Source: a bacterium
Lineage (GTDB): Bacteria > Patescibacteriota > Minisyncoccia > Phycocordibacterales > Phycocordibacteraceae
NCBI GenBank assembly: GCA_037200965.1
Contig: JBBCGK010000001.1
Location: forward strand, 544,001 to 608,000
Length of the DNA: 64,000 bases
Direction of reading: 5' to 3'
Shown here: positions 44,985-54,728 of the stretch, in pieces
How positions within the stretch are numbered: the stretch's first letter is position 1
How the letters are laid out: each line of letters begins with the position of its first letter
Program-made: the position numbers and the translations under genes
The notes under the pieces: generated by a model
What the model saw: the letters and a program-made list of their open reading frames with translations, nothing else
Told to the model about the DNA's origin: nothing
Database searches by the model: none

Positions 44985-45788
44985 ATGCGGAAGCCAGCGA
45001 CTCCTCTCACCGAACGCATCATCGATGCGCTATCAAACGGTCCGCGCGGGAAAGTGGAACTGCGCAACCGGGTCGTCGGCAAGGATTTTACCTACCAAGG
45101 CTTCTATAAAGCACTCGCCTCGCTCCGCGCCGCGGAAATAGTTACCCTCCATCGTGACACGGTAAGCCTTTCCGTCGTCTGGCTCGAGCGGGAGCGGGAG
45201 CGTATCGCGAAGAGTGCGGACGCATATCATCTCTCCGGATATCAGAGTTATTTCGGCGGGTTGAAGAATGGCAAGAAACTCTCTTTTAAATTCAAGACGC
45301 TCCGTGAACTCGACCTCTTCTGGACGCAGGCGGTGCTTATCGCGATGCAGGGCGCCGGTCGCGGCGTTCCCATCATTTCCTTCATCCCCCACGACTGGTT
45401 TTACCTTCTTCGGCCCTCGACCGCCGACGTATGGTTCAAACTGCTTGGCAAGGAGAATCCGCATGTGAACATCCTCACGCACGCGACTCGGGAAGAAAAG
45501 AAACTGAGCGAGCATCCTCGCGTTGCCCGCATCGAAAATATGTTCGGCGAGAACCCGCTCCGGCAGAAGGAATCCGCGTATATGAATGTTATCGGCGATC
45601 TGGTGATCGAAGCTGCCCTTGATGAGGCAGTCGTACCCGGGATTCGACGGGCGGTCCGCGGTGAGGCGGTCGACATCGACAAACTCACGGCTCAAAAAGG
45701 TGTTTTCAAGCTTTCTATCCGGCGCGATTCTGCCAAGGCTTCTGTCTTTACGAAGAAAGCCCAAAAGTACTTCAGCATATCTCTGTAA
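44985..45788 (+). CDS. winged-HTH protein, 267-aa paralogue family (paralogue at 58571..59374)
   Basis: N-terminal wHTH; shared central block L-x-x-L-D-x-FW-x-x-VVL ... F-x-PHD-W/F with the 58571 gene; identical length. Confidence 0.4.
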   Translation: MRKPATPLTERIIDALSNGPRGKVELRNRVVGKDFTYQGFYKALASLRAAEIVTLHRDTVSLSVVWLERERERIAKSADAYHLSGYQSYFGGLKNGKKLSFKFKTLRELDLFWTQAVLIAMQGAGRGVPIISFIPHDWFYLLRPSTADVWFKLLGKENPHVNILTHATREEKKLSEHPRVARIENMFGENPLRQKESAYMNVIGDLVIEAALDEAVVPGIRRAVRGEAVDIDKLTAQKGVFKLSIRRDSAKASVFTKKAQKYFSISL

Positions 45789-45799
45789 ACAACCGGAAG

Positions 45800-46141
45800 T
45801 TGAAAGTATCGACAAATCCGGGAAGTTATTTGCCGATCCTGTTCCGAGGGCTATCTTTCGTGAAGTTACGTGCGATAGAGGAGATGCGCATGATGTGTTC
45901 TGTATGGCCCTACATAATTACTGTCGCGTTCCTTGGAGCAGGGGCTTTTTTGTTCTTGAGTCCGGAATTGAATAGGTACACGGCTCACCGAAGGACGGAA
46001 CTTGGTCTTCCTCCCCTGCCCGCTACTTTCGGTCAAGTCTTCGTACATGGTCTGTGGGCCGCCTTCATGATGTCCCTTATGAGCGGTTTCGTGGCGTATT
46101 TGGTCTATATCACCGTTCACGCTTCCGCGGCCTGCCGCTAG
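45800..46141 (+). CDS. small 2-TM membrane protein (likely start 45884)
   Basis: Two hydrophobic helices; no motif. Confidence 0.3.
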   Translation: MKVSTNPGSYLPILFRGLSFVKLRAIEEMRMMCSVWPYIITVAFLGAGAFLFLSPELNRYTAHRRTELGLPPLPATFGQVFVHGLWAAFMMSLMSGFVAYLVYITVHASAACR

Positions 46142-46276
46142 GCCAGCCAACCCGCCCGGTTTCCGACGAGGAAACCGGGCGAACTATTATCAGCACATGC
46201 AACTTTTAGTTGTTTATATCCATACATACCTTCATTTCCTTCGCTTTTATACTTTATTAATCCTAGGCTAGCGGGC

Positions 46277-47092
46277 ATGCGCAAAAGCGATCCGAATCCC
46301 TCTTTCGACTGGTGGGATGAACGCGTCACGAACGAAATATATCTTTCCACGAACCGTCCGGATTGGTGGCGGTTCTGCAAGGCTGTCGCTGGGCTGCTTG
46401 CTGACGGAGAGAATGTGCTTGATGTCGGAACGGGCGACGGCCATACCTTCTGGCAAATCATCTCGGTCGCCTCCGCGCTTCCTTCGTACCGGATAAATAG
46501 CCTGTTCCTGCTCGAACCGAACGAAAGCGGCCTTCGAAGGGCCATGCGCCGCTGCTCGCAATTGCCCGTGGAGCGCATAGTGCCGTACCGGAGTTCGTTT
46601 GCCGATTTCGCGGCCGCATGGGAGCGGAATCCTGAGAGGCTTGATGCGCCGAAGCAGTTCGATAAATTGTTCGCGGGACATGTCAATTACTACCTCGCGG
46701 GCACCCCGAATAACGAAAGTTCGTACCGCGCCGCGCTCGACGCCATGGCCGCTATGGCGGAGACGCTCGTCATCGTTACCGCCCCGCGGGACGGCGACTA
46801 CTACAAAATGGTCCCGAACCCGTTTGGAGAGTATGTGTACAGCGATGTCGTAGCCGAGCACTACCGATCCAGGGGTCTGCGGGTCGAGGTAACGGAGATG
46901 CCCATGCGTTTTTATATTGATCATGTAAATCAGAGCAGGCATGAAGCCGCCGTGCTGTGGCAGTTCTTCAGCAATACCGAGCGGAAGCCGAGTGAAGCTG
47001 AACTTGAAGAGTTTGTAGCGAATGCAAATAAGACCAAGGATAGGAACGGGGATATAAATTTTAAGGACCAAATTCTAGTTATAAATACGTAA
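46277..47092 (+). CDS. Class I SAM-dependent methyltransferase
   Basis: Motif I VLDVGTGDGHTF; Rossmann-like beta-alpha pattern; substrate unknown. Confidence 0.55.
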   Translation: MRKSDPNPSFDWWDERVTNEIYLSTNRPDWWRFCKAVAGLLADGENVLDVGTGDGHTFWQIISVASALPSYRINSLFLLEPNESGLRRAMRRCSQLPVERIVPYRSSFADFAAAWERNPERLDAPKQFDKLFAGHVNYYLAGTPNNESSYRAALDAMAAMAETLVIVTAPRDGDYYKMVPNPFGEYVYSDVVAEHYRSRGLRVEVTEMPMRFYIDHVNQSRHEAAVLWQFFSNTERKPSEAELEEFVANANKTKDRNGDINFKDQILVINT

Positions 47093-47128
47093 GCAGGAGA
47101 CGAGAAGTTTGGTGAACAAATCGCAAAG

Positions 47129-47875
47129 TTAAAGACCGTCCCACAAAACGTCAAAAGCGTCTTTCAGATACTTCACGATCGCCTGATTCTCGATCATCAC
47201 TCCCACGTTGTCCTTGTACGAGAAGAAATACGCGCGGTTGCCCACAAAATAGATTCCCGCTTCCTGCTCGTCGATGTCGAGCCGTTTAACGTTTCGCCCG
47301 AGCGCGGTCTGCTCATCCCTGATGCCGAAGTTGTCCGGCGCGTCCGCGATGAGGAGGTTGGTCGTGACTCCGTACGAGTGCCGACGCTCGATAAATCCGC
47401 GGATGTATTCTTCGAGTCCGCCATCGAAGCGATTGATGCCGAACCCGCGGAAGCTTTTGGCTTTGGTGCCTTTGTGCTGCGTAAGAATATTCTCGAACAG
47501 TCTCTTCAGTCCCTCTTGCCCTTCGTAGTACTGCACGACCGGGAATGCGCCTCCGCGCTTGTTCTCCGCAAGAAGCTTCGGCAGCTCCCGCTCGAGCGTC
47601 TTTTTCTGCTTTTCAAGTTCGTCTTTCCTTTCGGCGACCAGCCGCAAGAGCTCGTTCGGGTCGGCATAGAATTGCCGGACGCCCCGCTTGTCGCTCTGGT
47701 CGATAAATCGCTTCTTGACCAGATCGGCGAGGAGCGAATAGACCGTCTGCCGCGGCAGTCCTGTTTCTTTCGCAACTTTAGCGGCGCCCGCAAGCCCGAT
47801 TCGTAGTAGAGCGAGGTACACACACGTTTCTTTTTCGGACAGGCCGAGTTTTTGTAGGATTTGTTCCACACCCAT
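47129..47875 (-). CDS. TrmB-family transcriptional regulator (248-aa paralogue family; paralogue at 53982..54728)
   Basis: N-terminal LGLSEKETCVYLALLRIGLAGAAKVAKETGLPRQTVYSLLADLVKKRFI wHTH of TrmB type. Confidence 0.6.
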   Translation of the reverse strand: MGVEQILQKLGLSEKETCVYLALLRIGLAGAAKVAKETGLPRQTVYSLLADLVKKRFIDQSDKRGVRQFYADPNELLRLVAERKDELEKQKKTLERELPKLLAENKRGGAFPVVQYYEGQEGLKRLFENILTQHKGTKAKSFRGFGINRFDGGLEEYIRGFIERRHSYGVTTNLLIADAPDNFGIRDEQTALGRNVKRLDIDEQEAGIYFVGNRAYFFSYKDNVGVMIENQAIVKYLKDAFDVLWDGL

Positions 47876-48037
47876 ACCTATAGCTTATTGCTGACGAGAA
47901 CTTTCGTCAATTCTTTTAAAAGAAGGCGGACAGTAAGCAATTCTGTACACGACTTGTCATACAAGTCTTGATTATTACTAAAACATCAGCAAAGTAGGGC
48001 GCAGGAACCTGTACGGTGTAAGAAGGAGCAACTGAAG

Positions 48038-48439
48038 ATGAACTACGATGTTTATGGAGACCTGAAAGACAGATTGCGGTTTAGGAGTGGAGTTCGCTTC
48101 GCCCTTAGGATGGTCGGCGGCAGAATTCCTTCAAATTTCACTCTTACCAAACACGGCGCTTCCTGGGAATACATCACGCAGCCCTTAGAGGTCATCGTGC
48201 TTTACGAGGACAAGCCGGAGCCGCGCGTGACTGTCGATTATTCCAGAAACAATCCATTCTTTTCCGCCGTTTTCTGTTGGCCGGAAGAAGGGCGAGAATC
48301 GGACAATGACAGGATGCCATCCAGCGCCCGTCGCCTATGCCGGGTTTTGCTCCGCCGGGCGCGGAGAATGTACTCCCGGCGTATGTTCTGGGCGAAAGTC
48401 CGCCGGGCTCTTTGGCTCGGCAAACCCTTGACGGATTGA
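48038..48439 (+). CDS. hypothetical protein (3' end possibly over-extended)
   Basis: Strong SD AAGGAG 8 nt before ATG; C-terminal Arg-rich tail looks like read-through. Confidence 0.3.
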   Translation: MNYDVYGDLKDRLRFRSGVRFALRMVGGRIPSNFTLTKHGASWEYITQPLEVIVLYEDKPEPRVTVDYSRNNPFFSAVFCWPEEGRESDNDRMPSSARRLCRVLLRRARRMYSRRMFWAKVRRALWLGKPLTD

Positions 48440-48499
48440 GAAGACAGGAAAAGCAGCGCGGTGTTTACACCGCGCTGTTCCTTTTCCGTCCCCCGGTTC

Positions 48500-48874
48500 T
48501 TATCCGTTCAAATGTGCCTTACAGGTCGCCGCAGCAGGGTCGGCGTTAAGGCGGTCTTCTTCAATCGGTTCGCCGGAAACGGTGCAGATGCCGTAGGTTC
48601 TCTTCTCAATGCGGTCGAGCGCGGCAAGCACTTCGTTATAGCGTATTTCAAGGTCGCTCAGAATCCCCGCGTTTTCCTCATATGCCTCCTTCTGGTCCGC
48701 AGCGTCTACGGGATCCGGTTCGGAGCCGGTCTCGGGAGGAACGGTTTCCCAGTCGCCCGAATTCCCGGGATTCCTGCGCCCAAGGCTTGCAAGCTCGCTT
48801 TCAAGCTTTGCCTTCTCTTCCGCAAGCCTCGCTTTGTATGTATTGGTGTCGGTCATATCGGCCGATTCTAGCAC
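48500..48874 (-). CDS. DksA/TraR-family C4 zinc-finger protein (alternative start 48856)
   Basis: Coiled-coil N-terminus then C-x2-C-x17-C-x2-H-like finger CTVSGEPIEEDRLNADPAAATCKAH. Confidence 0.6.
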   Translation of the reverse strand: MLESADMTDTNTYKARLAEEKAKLESELASLGRRNPGNSGDWETVPPETGSEPDPVDAADQKEAYEENAGILSDLEIRYNEVLAALDRIEKRTYGICTVSGEPIEEDRLNADPAAATCKAHLNG

Positions 48875-48877
48875 GGC

Positions 48878-50197
48878 TTATTGCTTGCGAGTAGTCGCAA
48901 GGCGGTTCATGAGTTCGGTGAAGGCTGCCGCGTCGCGGGCGATGACGAGCGTCGACTGGTTCCAATAGCCGTACATGATAAGGCTTCGTCCGCTTGCGTC
49001 CCGAAGCGTCCGCACGTCATGGTTTGCCACCACTTCGTCCTTAAATGAAGGCGCGGGAAGAAATTGCGCGGAAGACACCGAAGAAGAGGGTGTCGTGGTT
49101 GATGCGATCGGCTCGGAAACGACGGCGGCGGGATATGCCGGGTACAGAAGCGCCAAATCTCCGGGAAGGGTCGGCTCCCACGCGAGCATGCCGCCGAAGC
49201 TGCGTTCGAACGAGTCGACTTTGAGTATGAAAAACGGGCGCGTCTCTTCCCCGTTTCGTACGACGCCGAGCATGCTTTCGGGCAAGATGCTGCGGAGCAG
49301 GATGTCCGGCGCGGGGAGCTGCATGGCCGCCACAAGGGAGCCGCCGGAAACGGGGGAACTTGAGGTTATTCCGTCCGCGGTCGTCGTGCTCACCGTCGCA
49401 TACACGAGGCGGACGGCCCCCGCGGCAAGCGGCTTCTGGGCGGCTTCTGCAAAGGCGGCAAGAAGATCGCGCCCAGTGCCCGTGATCTCTTGCTGCTCGT
49501 CGACGAAAATAAGGGAAGGGGCGCTCACTACGGTCGGGATGATATTGGCCGCCTGCATGAAGTAGTACGCGGCGTAGAGTGCGCCTCCTCCAAGAAGCAC
49601 GATCGCGATTCCCGACAACATGAGCGCAACGCCTCCCTTTTTCACGGGCGCGGCGGTAACTTTTCGTGCGGGCGCGTCCGATTCGGTTGCGAGAACGCTT
49701 ATAGCCGAAGCCCCTTTGTCTTCGATGTGTTCCGCGAAATCATTCTTATACGTATGCAGTCCGGCAGAAATATCAGGCGCTTTGACCGGAGCGGCCGGAG
49801 CCGGAACTGGTGCGGGCGGCGGAACAAACGCTTCCGGTACCTCAAGCGGGCTCGCTTCTATGAGGCGCTCCGAGGCGGTGGGAGCATATCTGTCCCGTAC
49901 GCTCGCGGAAGCGTTCCGGTCCGCGTCGAACGCCGATTCCGGAGGCGCTTGCGCGGTCTCAGGCTGCCGCACGGCGCCCGCTTTCGCGCGGAGGCGCGCG
50001 AGTATGGCGTCACGGTCTTCTTGCGCGGCCGCTTGCGGCGCGGGAACCGGCGGGGGCACTGCCGCGCCCTGCGCGGTCACGCCTGTAATCGAGGCGACAT
50101 CGCCCGCATAGGTGCGTATCACGCGCTCCGGCACGTCGCGGCCTCCGGCGAGTGCCGGGGCCTCTTCGGTCGCATCGATGTAATTGTCGTCCTGCAT
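48878..50197 (-). CDS. hypothetical bitopic membrane protein (439 aa)
   Basis: Pro/Ala-rich N-terminal half, central TM GVALMLSGIAIVLLGGGALYAAYYF, extracytoplasmic C-terminal domain. Confidence 0.4.
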   Translation of the reverse strand: MQDDNYIDATEEAPALAGGRDVPERVIRTYAGDVASITGVTAQGAAVPPPVPAPQAAAQEDRDAILARLRAKAGAVRQPETAQAPPESAFDADRNASASVRDRYAPTASERLIEASPLEVPEAFVPPPAPVPAPAAPVKAPDISAGLHTYKNDFAEHIEDKGASAISVLATESDAPARKVTAAPVKKGGVALMLSGIAIVLLGGGALYAAYYFMQAANIIPTVVSAPSLIFVDEQQEITGTGRDLLAAFAEAAQKPLAAGAVRLVYATVSTTTADGITSSSPVSGGSLVAAMQLPAPDILLRSILPESMLGVVRNGEETRPFFILKVDSFERSFGGMLAWEPTLPGDLALLYPAYPAAVVSEPIASTTTPSSSVSSAQFLPAPSFKDEVVANHDVRTLRDASGRSLIMYGYWNQSTLVIARDAAAFTELMNRLATTRKQ

Positions 50198-50308
50198 CGC
50201 TTAGGAAAGTATAACCGAAAAGATATGCGCGAAATCCCGGCGGGTGCCTTACTTTTTTGAGGGGGGTGAATATTTTTGGGATGTATGCGATAGTGCCGGA
50301 CAGCGGAA

Positions 50309-50839
50309 TTGTTCCAAGGAGTACCTGAAATGCGAATACTAAGGCTCGAAGGGGACGGGCGGATCCTGGAACAGATCGGTGAACTGAAAATCCATGACCC
50401 TCCCCCGTTCTCAGTTTCGGTGCACGGACTTCACCTGCGGGGTTGTGAAGTCACGCGTACAAGGAATTTCAATCGGCGCTTCAACGCAATCCGCAGACCA
50501 GCGCTCGGCGACGCAGCCATCTGCATATGGAAACTCAGTCTCTCCGGCGTTTCGGACAAAGCAACGGCCGAGGACATATTCGGACCGTTTCCGGTACCCG
50601 TAGAGATAGGCCATGCCAGAATAGTCCTCGCCCGGCATCTGAAAAAGGGCGGCCTCCTAAGCGAAGGAACGGAGGCCAACATCTTTCCCGCCCTCGCCTC
50701 GGGAGACGAAATACACACTGTTCGCTTGGCGCGTGTTGCGCGCGGGAAGTGGATATACGGAAGTCCTATAGCGCCGAGACCGCTTCAGGACGAATATCGA
50801 AGCGGCACATACGTGCTTTCCTATCCGCCGGGAGCGTAA
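50309..50839 (+). CDS. hypothetical protein
   Basis: 176-aa ORF, moderate GC, no motif. Confidence 0.3.
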   Translation: MFQGVPEMRILRLEGDGRILEQIGELKIHDPPPFSVSVHGLHLRGCEVTRTRNFNRRFNAIRRPALGDAAICIWKLSLSGVSDKATAEDIFGPFPVPVEIGHARIVLARHLKKGGLLSEGTEANIFPALASGDEIHTVRLARVARGKWIYGSPIAPRPLQDEYRSGTYVLSYPPGA

Positions 50840-50894
50840 ACACACAGGCCCCGGGACACATGCGTGTCCCGGGGCCAAATTTCAGTCTATATGC

Positions 50895-51410
50895 CTATCC
50901 CCGGTGCCCGATAATGAATTTCTTCGGGTCGTCGCACATGTCGGTGAAGGCATGTACCGCTTCCTTGAGCTTCGCCGAGGAAGACTTGCCGAACGAGATC
51001 GCTTCCACCTGACATCCCTCGTTCATGTCGAGGTATTCGACGAGCGGAACGTAATCGCCATCGCCGGACGCGATGATAACCGTGTCGAGCTTCGGCGCCA
51101 TTTTGACCGCGTCGATCGCGAGCCCTACGTCCCAGTCGGCCTTTTTCGCGCCGTCGGAGAAGACCTGGAGGCCTTTTACCTTGGTCTCGATGCCGATTTT
51201 CGTAAGGGCGTCGAAGAACGCGCTCTCTTCCCCGCTTTCGGTCGAGATGACGTAGGCGATGGCGCGCACGAGCACGCGACCGCCGACCGCTTCCTTGAGA
51301 ACGTTCGCGAAGTTCACGCGCGCCTTATAAAGATGCTTCGCGCTGTGATAGAGATTCTGCGTATCGATAAATACGCCGACCCGCTGCGCGGGATGTTTGA
51401 TGACTGCCAT
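50895..51410 (-). CDS. NYN-domain (LabA-like) protein
   Basis: VGVFIDTQNLYHSA N-terminal Asp block and IIASGDGDYVPLV second acidic block of NYN/PIN-like nucleases. Confidence 0.7.
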   Translation of the reverse strand: MAVIKHPAQRVGVFIDTQNLYHSAKHLYKARVNFANVLKEAVGGRVLVRAIAYVISTESGEESAFFDALTKIGIETKVKGLQVFSDGAKKADWDVGLAIDAVKMAPKLDTVIIASGDGDYVPLVEYLDMNEGCQVEAISFGKSSSAKLKEAVHAFTDMCDDPKKFIIGHRG

Positions 51411-51497
51411 AGAAAGTAATGCTTATGAGAAACGTTTATTAAAACAGGACGGAAGTCCTGAGCTACATACTACCATCCCGCAAGCGGCGGGAAGAAG

Positions 51498-51764
51498 CTA
51501 CTTCTTAAGCCCGAGCTTCTTGACGACCGCGTTGTAGCGGCGCTTGTCGTTGTTCTCGAGATAGTGGAGGTGGCTCCGGCGGTCGGCGACCATCTGGAGA
51601 AGTCCGCGGCGGGAATGGAAATCCTTCGCGTTCTTCTTGAGGTGCTTGGCAAGGTCGTCGATCTTCTTGCTAAGAAGCGCGATCTGCACGTTGGCAGAGC
51701 CGGTGTCGGTCGGGTGGATACCCGAGTCCTTCATGATTGCCGCCTTTTTCTTCGTAGTTAGCAT
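51498..51764 (-). CDS. rpsO: 30S ribosomal protein S15 (ORF-track 5' extension to 51929 rejected)
   Basis: 88 aa from MLTTKKK...; conserved HLKKNAKDFHSRRGLLQMVADRR and YLENNDKRRYNAVVKKLGLKK. Confidence 0.9.
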   Translation of the reverse strand: MLTTKKKAAIMKDSGIHPTDTGSANVQIALLSKKIDDLAKHLKKNAKDFHSRRGLLQMVADRRSHLHYLENNDKRRYNAVVKKLGLKK

Positions 51765-52247
51765 GTGCCGATACCCTACCACATCTTGATTATTTATGCA
51801 AGGGTTGTATTGTAAGTGCTGGTTCGGCAGCACTGTTTTAACGGAGGAACTCATGCATAAGATAGTCGCTTCTTTTTGCGCCGACGGGCGGGAAATCCTG
51901 ACCCCCGAGGTCAGAAAGGAAGCTCGCACAATCGGGCGGGCGCTGAAGAAGAGAGCGCCCCTTACGGGCTACATGGTTGTGGCAACCGGGAAAGGGATTC
52001 GGACATTTTCAGTTCTCCATGTTCCGAACATTAACCGGCTCAGTCTCGAAGGGGGCGGGCGCGTGTCGGTTTGGTGGCGCTCCAGTCGCAACGATGCGGA
52101 TACCATGTTCAAGCAATTGCTCGGTCTGCCCGAGGTCAGCTGCTGGGTGCTGACACTCTGAGTGTTCGAACGCCAGACAATGACGACCCGCGGCTGGTGC
52201 CGCGGGTCGCTAATTATTGTGCGCACATCGGTGCTACACTTCCCCAT

Positions 52248-53168
52248 ATGAATGCCGAGCAGCTCAAGCGGCAATTTCTCGAATACATCGAAATCGAGCG
52301 AGGCCGGAGCGTGAAAACGGTCGAGAACTACGACCGCTACCTTTCGCGCTTTATCAAACAGGCGGATATAAAAGACCCTTCCGATATTACCGAACCGAAA
52401 ATCCGCGAATTCCGCATGTGGCTCAACCGCCAGTCGGGCACCGGACGGGACTCGATGAAGCGCCGCACCCAGAACTATTACCTCATCGCGCTCCGCGCAT
52501 TCCTCAAATACCTCCGGAGGCTCGAGATCCAGACCATAGCCCCCGAGCGCATCGAACTCGCGAAGGTGCCGGAGCGGCAGATCGACCTTATAACCTCGGC
52601 GGAGCTCAGTCGCCTTATAGACTCCCCTGCCGAGGCGCTCAAAACGGAAAAAGACCCGCACGTGCGCCGTACCCTCCTTCGCGACCGCGCAATCATGGAA
52701 CTTCTCTTCTCCACGGGCCTGCGTATCGCCGAGTTGTGTTCCCTCAATAACGATCTCGATCTTGGAAGGGACGAATTTTCCATACGAGGCAAAGGCGACA
52801 AAGTCCGCGTGGTATTCCTCTCCCCTGCCGCCAAGGAGGCGGTACGCGAATACCTCAAGGCTCGCGCTGATATGGAGGAGGCGCTCTTCGTCGACGGCCG
52901 CCCGAAGAAGCTCCACCGCATCACTCCCCGCGACGTGCAGCGGCACCTCAAGGCGTATGCCGCCCGGGCCGGTATCACGAGCAAAGTGTCTCCCCATACC
53001 CTTCGGCACGTCTTCGCGACTGATCTTCTAAGCAACGGCGCGGATATCAGAAGCGTCCAGCAGCTCCTCGGCCACGCCTCCATCATCACGACGCAGATCT
53101 ACACGCACGTTACCGACTCGCACTTGCGGGATGTGCATAAGAAGTTTCATAGCAAAAACCGCGAGTAG
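52248..53168 (+). CDS. XerC/XerD-type tyrosine site-specific recombinase (ATG 52248; upstream extension rejected)
   Basis: N-terminal SAM-like domain; catalytic R...K...HTLRH...R...IITTQIYTHV (box II with Tyr). Confidence 0.8.
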   Translation: MNAEQLKRQFLEYIEIERGRSVKTVENYDRYLSRFIKQADIKDPSDITEPKIREFRMWLNRQSGTGRDSMKRRTQNYYLIALRAFLKYLRRLEIQTIAPERIELAKVPERQIDLITSAELSRLIDSPAEALKTEKDPHVRRTLLRDRAIMELLFSTGLRIAELCSLNNDLDLGRDEFSIRGKGDKVRVVFLSPAAKEAVREYLKARADMEEALFVDGRPKKLHRITPRDVQRHLKAYAARAGITSKVSPHTLRHVFATDLLSNGADIRSVQQLLGHASIITTQIYTHVTDSHLRDVHKKFHSKNRE

Positions 53169-53172
53169 TTGT

Positions 53173-53865
53173 TTAGGAAGAAGGAAGGCCTCTCGGGACT
53201 GCATCGAAGTGTTCTATGCCCTCATATTCTTTTATATACCTGGCAAGCCGCTTCGTAAGCGGGAGAACAACCATTTCACAGAGTATCACCGCCATCCAGC
53301 TGACAGTCGCTGCGGAAGCCATAAGCGCAAGCGGCAGGATACCCGCGAATGCGATCCCATAGAAGAAGAGCACGTTCACTATCTGTGCTACCGCTACCGA
53401 CGTAAGAGCCCTACCGTAGAAGTACCGAGCCGTGAAATGTACCTTCAAGCGCGACATGACGTATGAGTTGGTGAGTTCTGTGACAAAGTACGCAATAATT
53501 CCCGCAGTGGTTATGCGCGGAACTTGGGAGAAGAGAGTGACGAACGCCGAGTTATTCGCGTAACCTGCCGCAGGCGGGAGGAATACGGCGAGTTCTATGA
53601 AAATGGTATAGACGATAAGACCTCCGAGCCCGACCCACAGAAGTCGTCTCACTCGCCGATAGCCGTATACCTCGGCAAGAATGTCAGCAACGATAAGCGA
53701 CAAGACATAGCTGATTTGCGAACCGACTATCGAGATCCCGAAAAAGTTGACGAACTTGAGATTAAGAACTTCGGTAACAAGCATGAGCGCCATCATAGGC
53801 ATGGCGAGGTACACCAGCGCTTTTGGCTGCCAGGTGTCGCCGACCGCAACCTTTAATTCCTTCAT
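53173..53865 (-). CDS. YhhQ/Vut-family membrane protein (putative queuosine-precursor transporter)
   Basis: 6-TM protein with family-like IVADILAEVYGYRR block. Confidence 0.5.
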   Translation of the reverse strand: MKELKVAVGDTWQPKALVYLAMPMMALMLVTEVLNLKFVNFFGISIVGSQISYVLSLIVADILAEVYGYRRVRRLLWVGLGGLIVYTIFIELAVFLPPAAGYANNSAFVTLFSQVPRITTAGIIAYFVTELTNSYVMSRLKVHFTARYFYGRALTSVAVAQIVNVLFFYGIAFAGILPLALMASAATVSWMAVILCEMVVLPLTKRLARYIKEYEGIEHFDAVPRGLPSS

Positions 53866-53981
53866 AACTTCACCTTATTTTCGACAGGGAAAGGCGTCAA
53901 AAAAGTCGACAAAGTGTCTAGAATCAAGAAAATACCCATGGTTTACATATGGTATTGTTTGTCTGACTAGCCGTCAGAATC

Positions 53982-54728
53982 ATGCAAAACCGGGAATCGC
54001 TCAGAAAAATGCTCATACGCTCGGGCCTTAACGATCACGAAGCCGTAGTGTATCTTTCGATGCTTGAACTCGGCCCCTCGACCGTGCTCAAAATCTCCCG
54101 ACAGTCGGGGGTAAAACGAACAACCATTTACGCCGTTATAGAGTCCCTGCGCGCCAAAGGACTGGTAGGGATTGAGGAGCCGGGTCTCAAGCGCATATAC
54201 GTAGCGGAGAATCCGACGCGTCTTGAACGCATACTCGATGAACAGAAGCATGCCCTTCAGTCGTTTTTTCCCGAACTTCAGGCACTCTATTCGCTGCGCG
54301 GCAATAACTCAATAATCCGTTATTACGTCGGTACCGAGGCGATGAGGAGCGTCTACGACGAACTTCTCGCGGAACTCAAAAGCGGTGACGACTATTATGT
54401 CTTTGGGGACCCCGAGCGGTGGGATGCGTTCGATAAAGACTATTTCAAGTCTTTCATTGCTCGCAGGCTGCGGATCAATCTCAAGGCGAAGATCGCGCTC
54501 ATACCCTCAGAAGTTGCGAAAAGTTATAAGCTAAATGAGAAGAATTTTCGGGAAGAGGTTCGCTTGCTTCCGAAAGGCACGCGGCTTGATGCAAATATGC
54601 TGATAACGCCTCGGAAAATCGTAATTCACCCGCTCACCTATCCCATTACGACCATTGTTATTGAAACAGACGCCTTGGTTCGTATGCAGCAGGAGCTGTT
54701 TATGGTGACGTGGGAAGGACTCATATAA
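53982..54728 (+). CDS. TrmB-family transcriptional regulator (paralogue of 47129..47875)
   Basis: N-terminal LNDHEAVVYLSMLELGPSTVLKISRQSGVKRTTIYAVIESLRAKGLV; same 248-aa length as paralogue. Confidence 0.6.
   Translation: MQNRESLRKMLIRSGLNDHEAVVYLSMLELGPSTVLKISRQSGVKRTTIYAVIESLRAKGLVGIEEPGLKRIYVAENPTRLERILDEQKHALQSFFPELQALYSLRGNNSIIRYYVGTEAMRSVYDELLAELKSGDDYYVFGDPERWDAFDKDYFKSFIARRLRINLKAKIALIPSEVAKSYKLNEKNFREEVRLLPKGTRLDANMLITPRKIVIHPLTYPITTIVIETDALVRMQQELFMVTWEGLI

Noticed and set aside
46268-47071. 267-aa minus-strand ORF
   Set aside because: Antisense to the SAM-dependent methyltransferase, which has a clear motif I.
51765-51929. 55-codon 5' extension of rpsO
   Set aside because: S15 proteins are about 89 aa. 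The conserved sequence starts at MLTTKKK (51764), and the extension has no homology.
52071-52247. 59-codon 5' extension of the Xer recombinase ORF
   Set aside because: The extension overlaps the upstream region and lacks the N-terminal core-binding domain pattern, which begins at MNAEQLKRQF.
51969-53009. 346-aa minus-strand ORF
   Set aside because: Antisense to the XerC/D recombinase, whose catalytic motifs are unambiguous.
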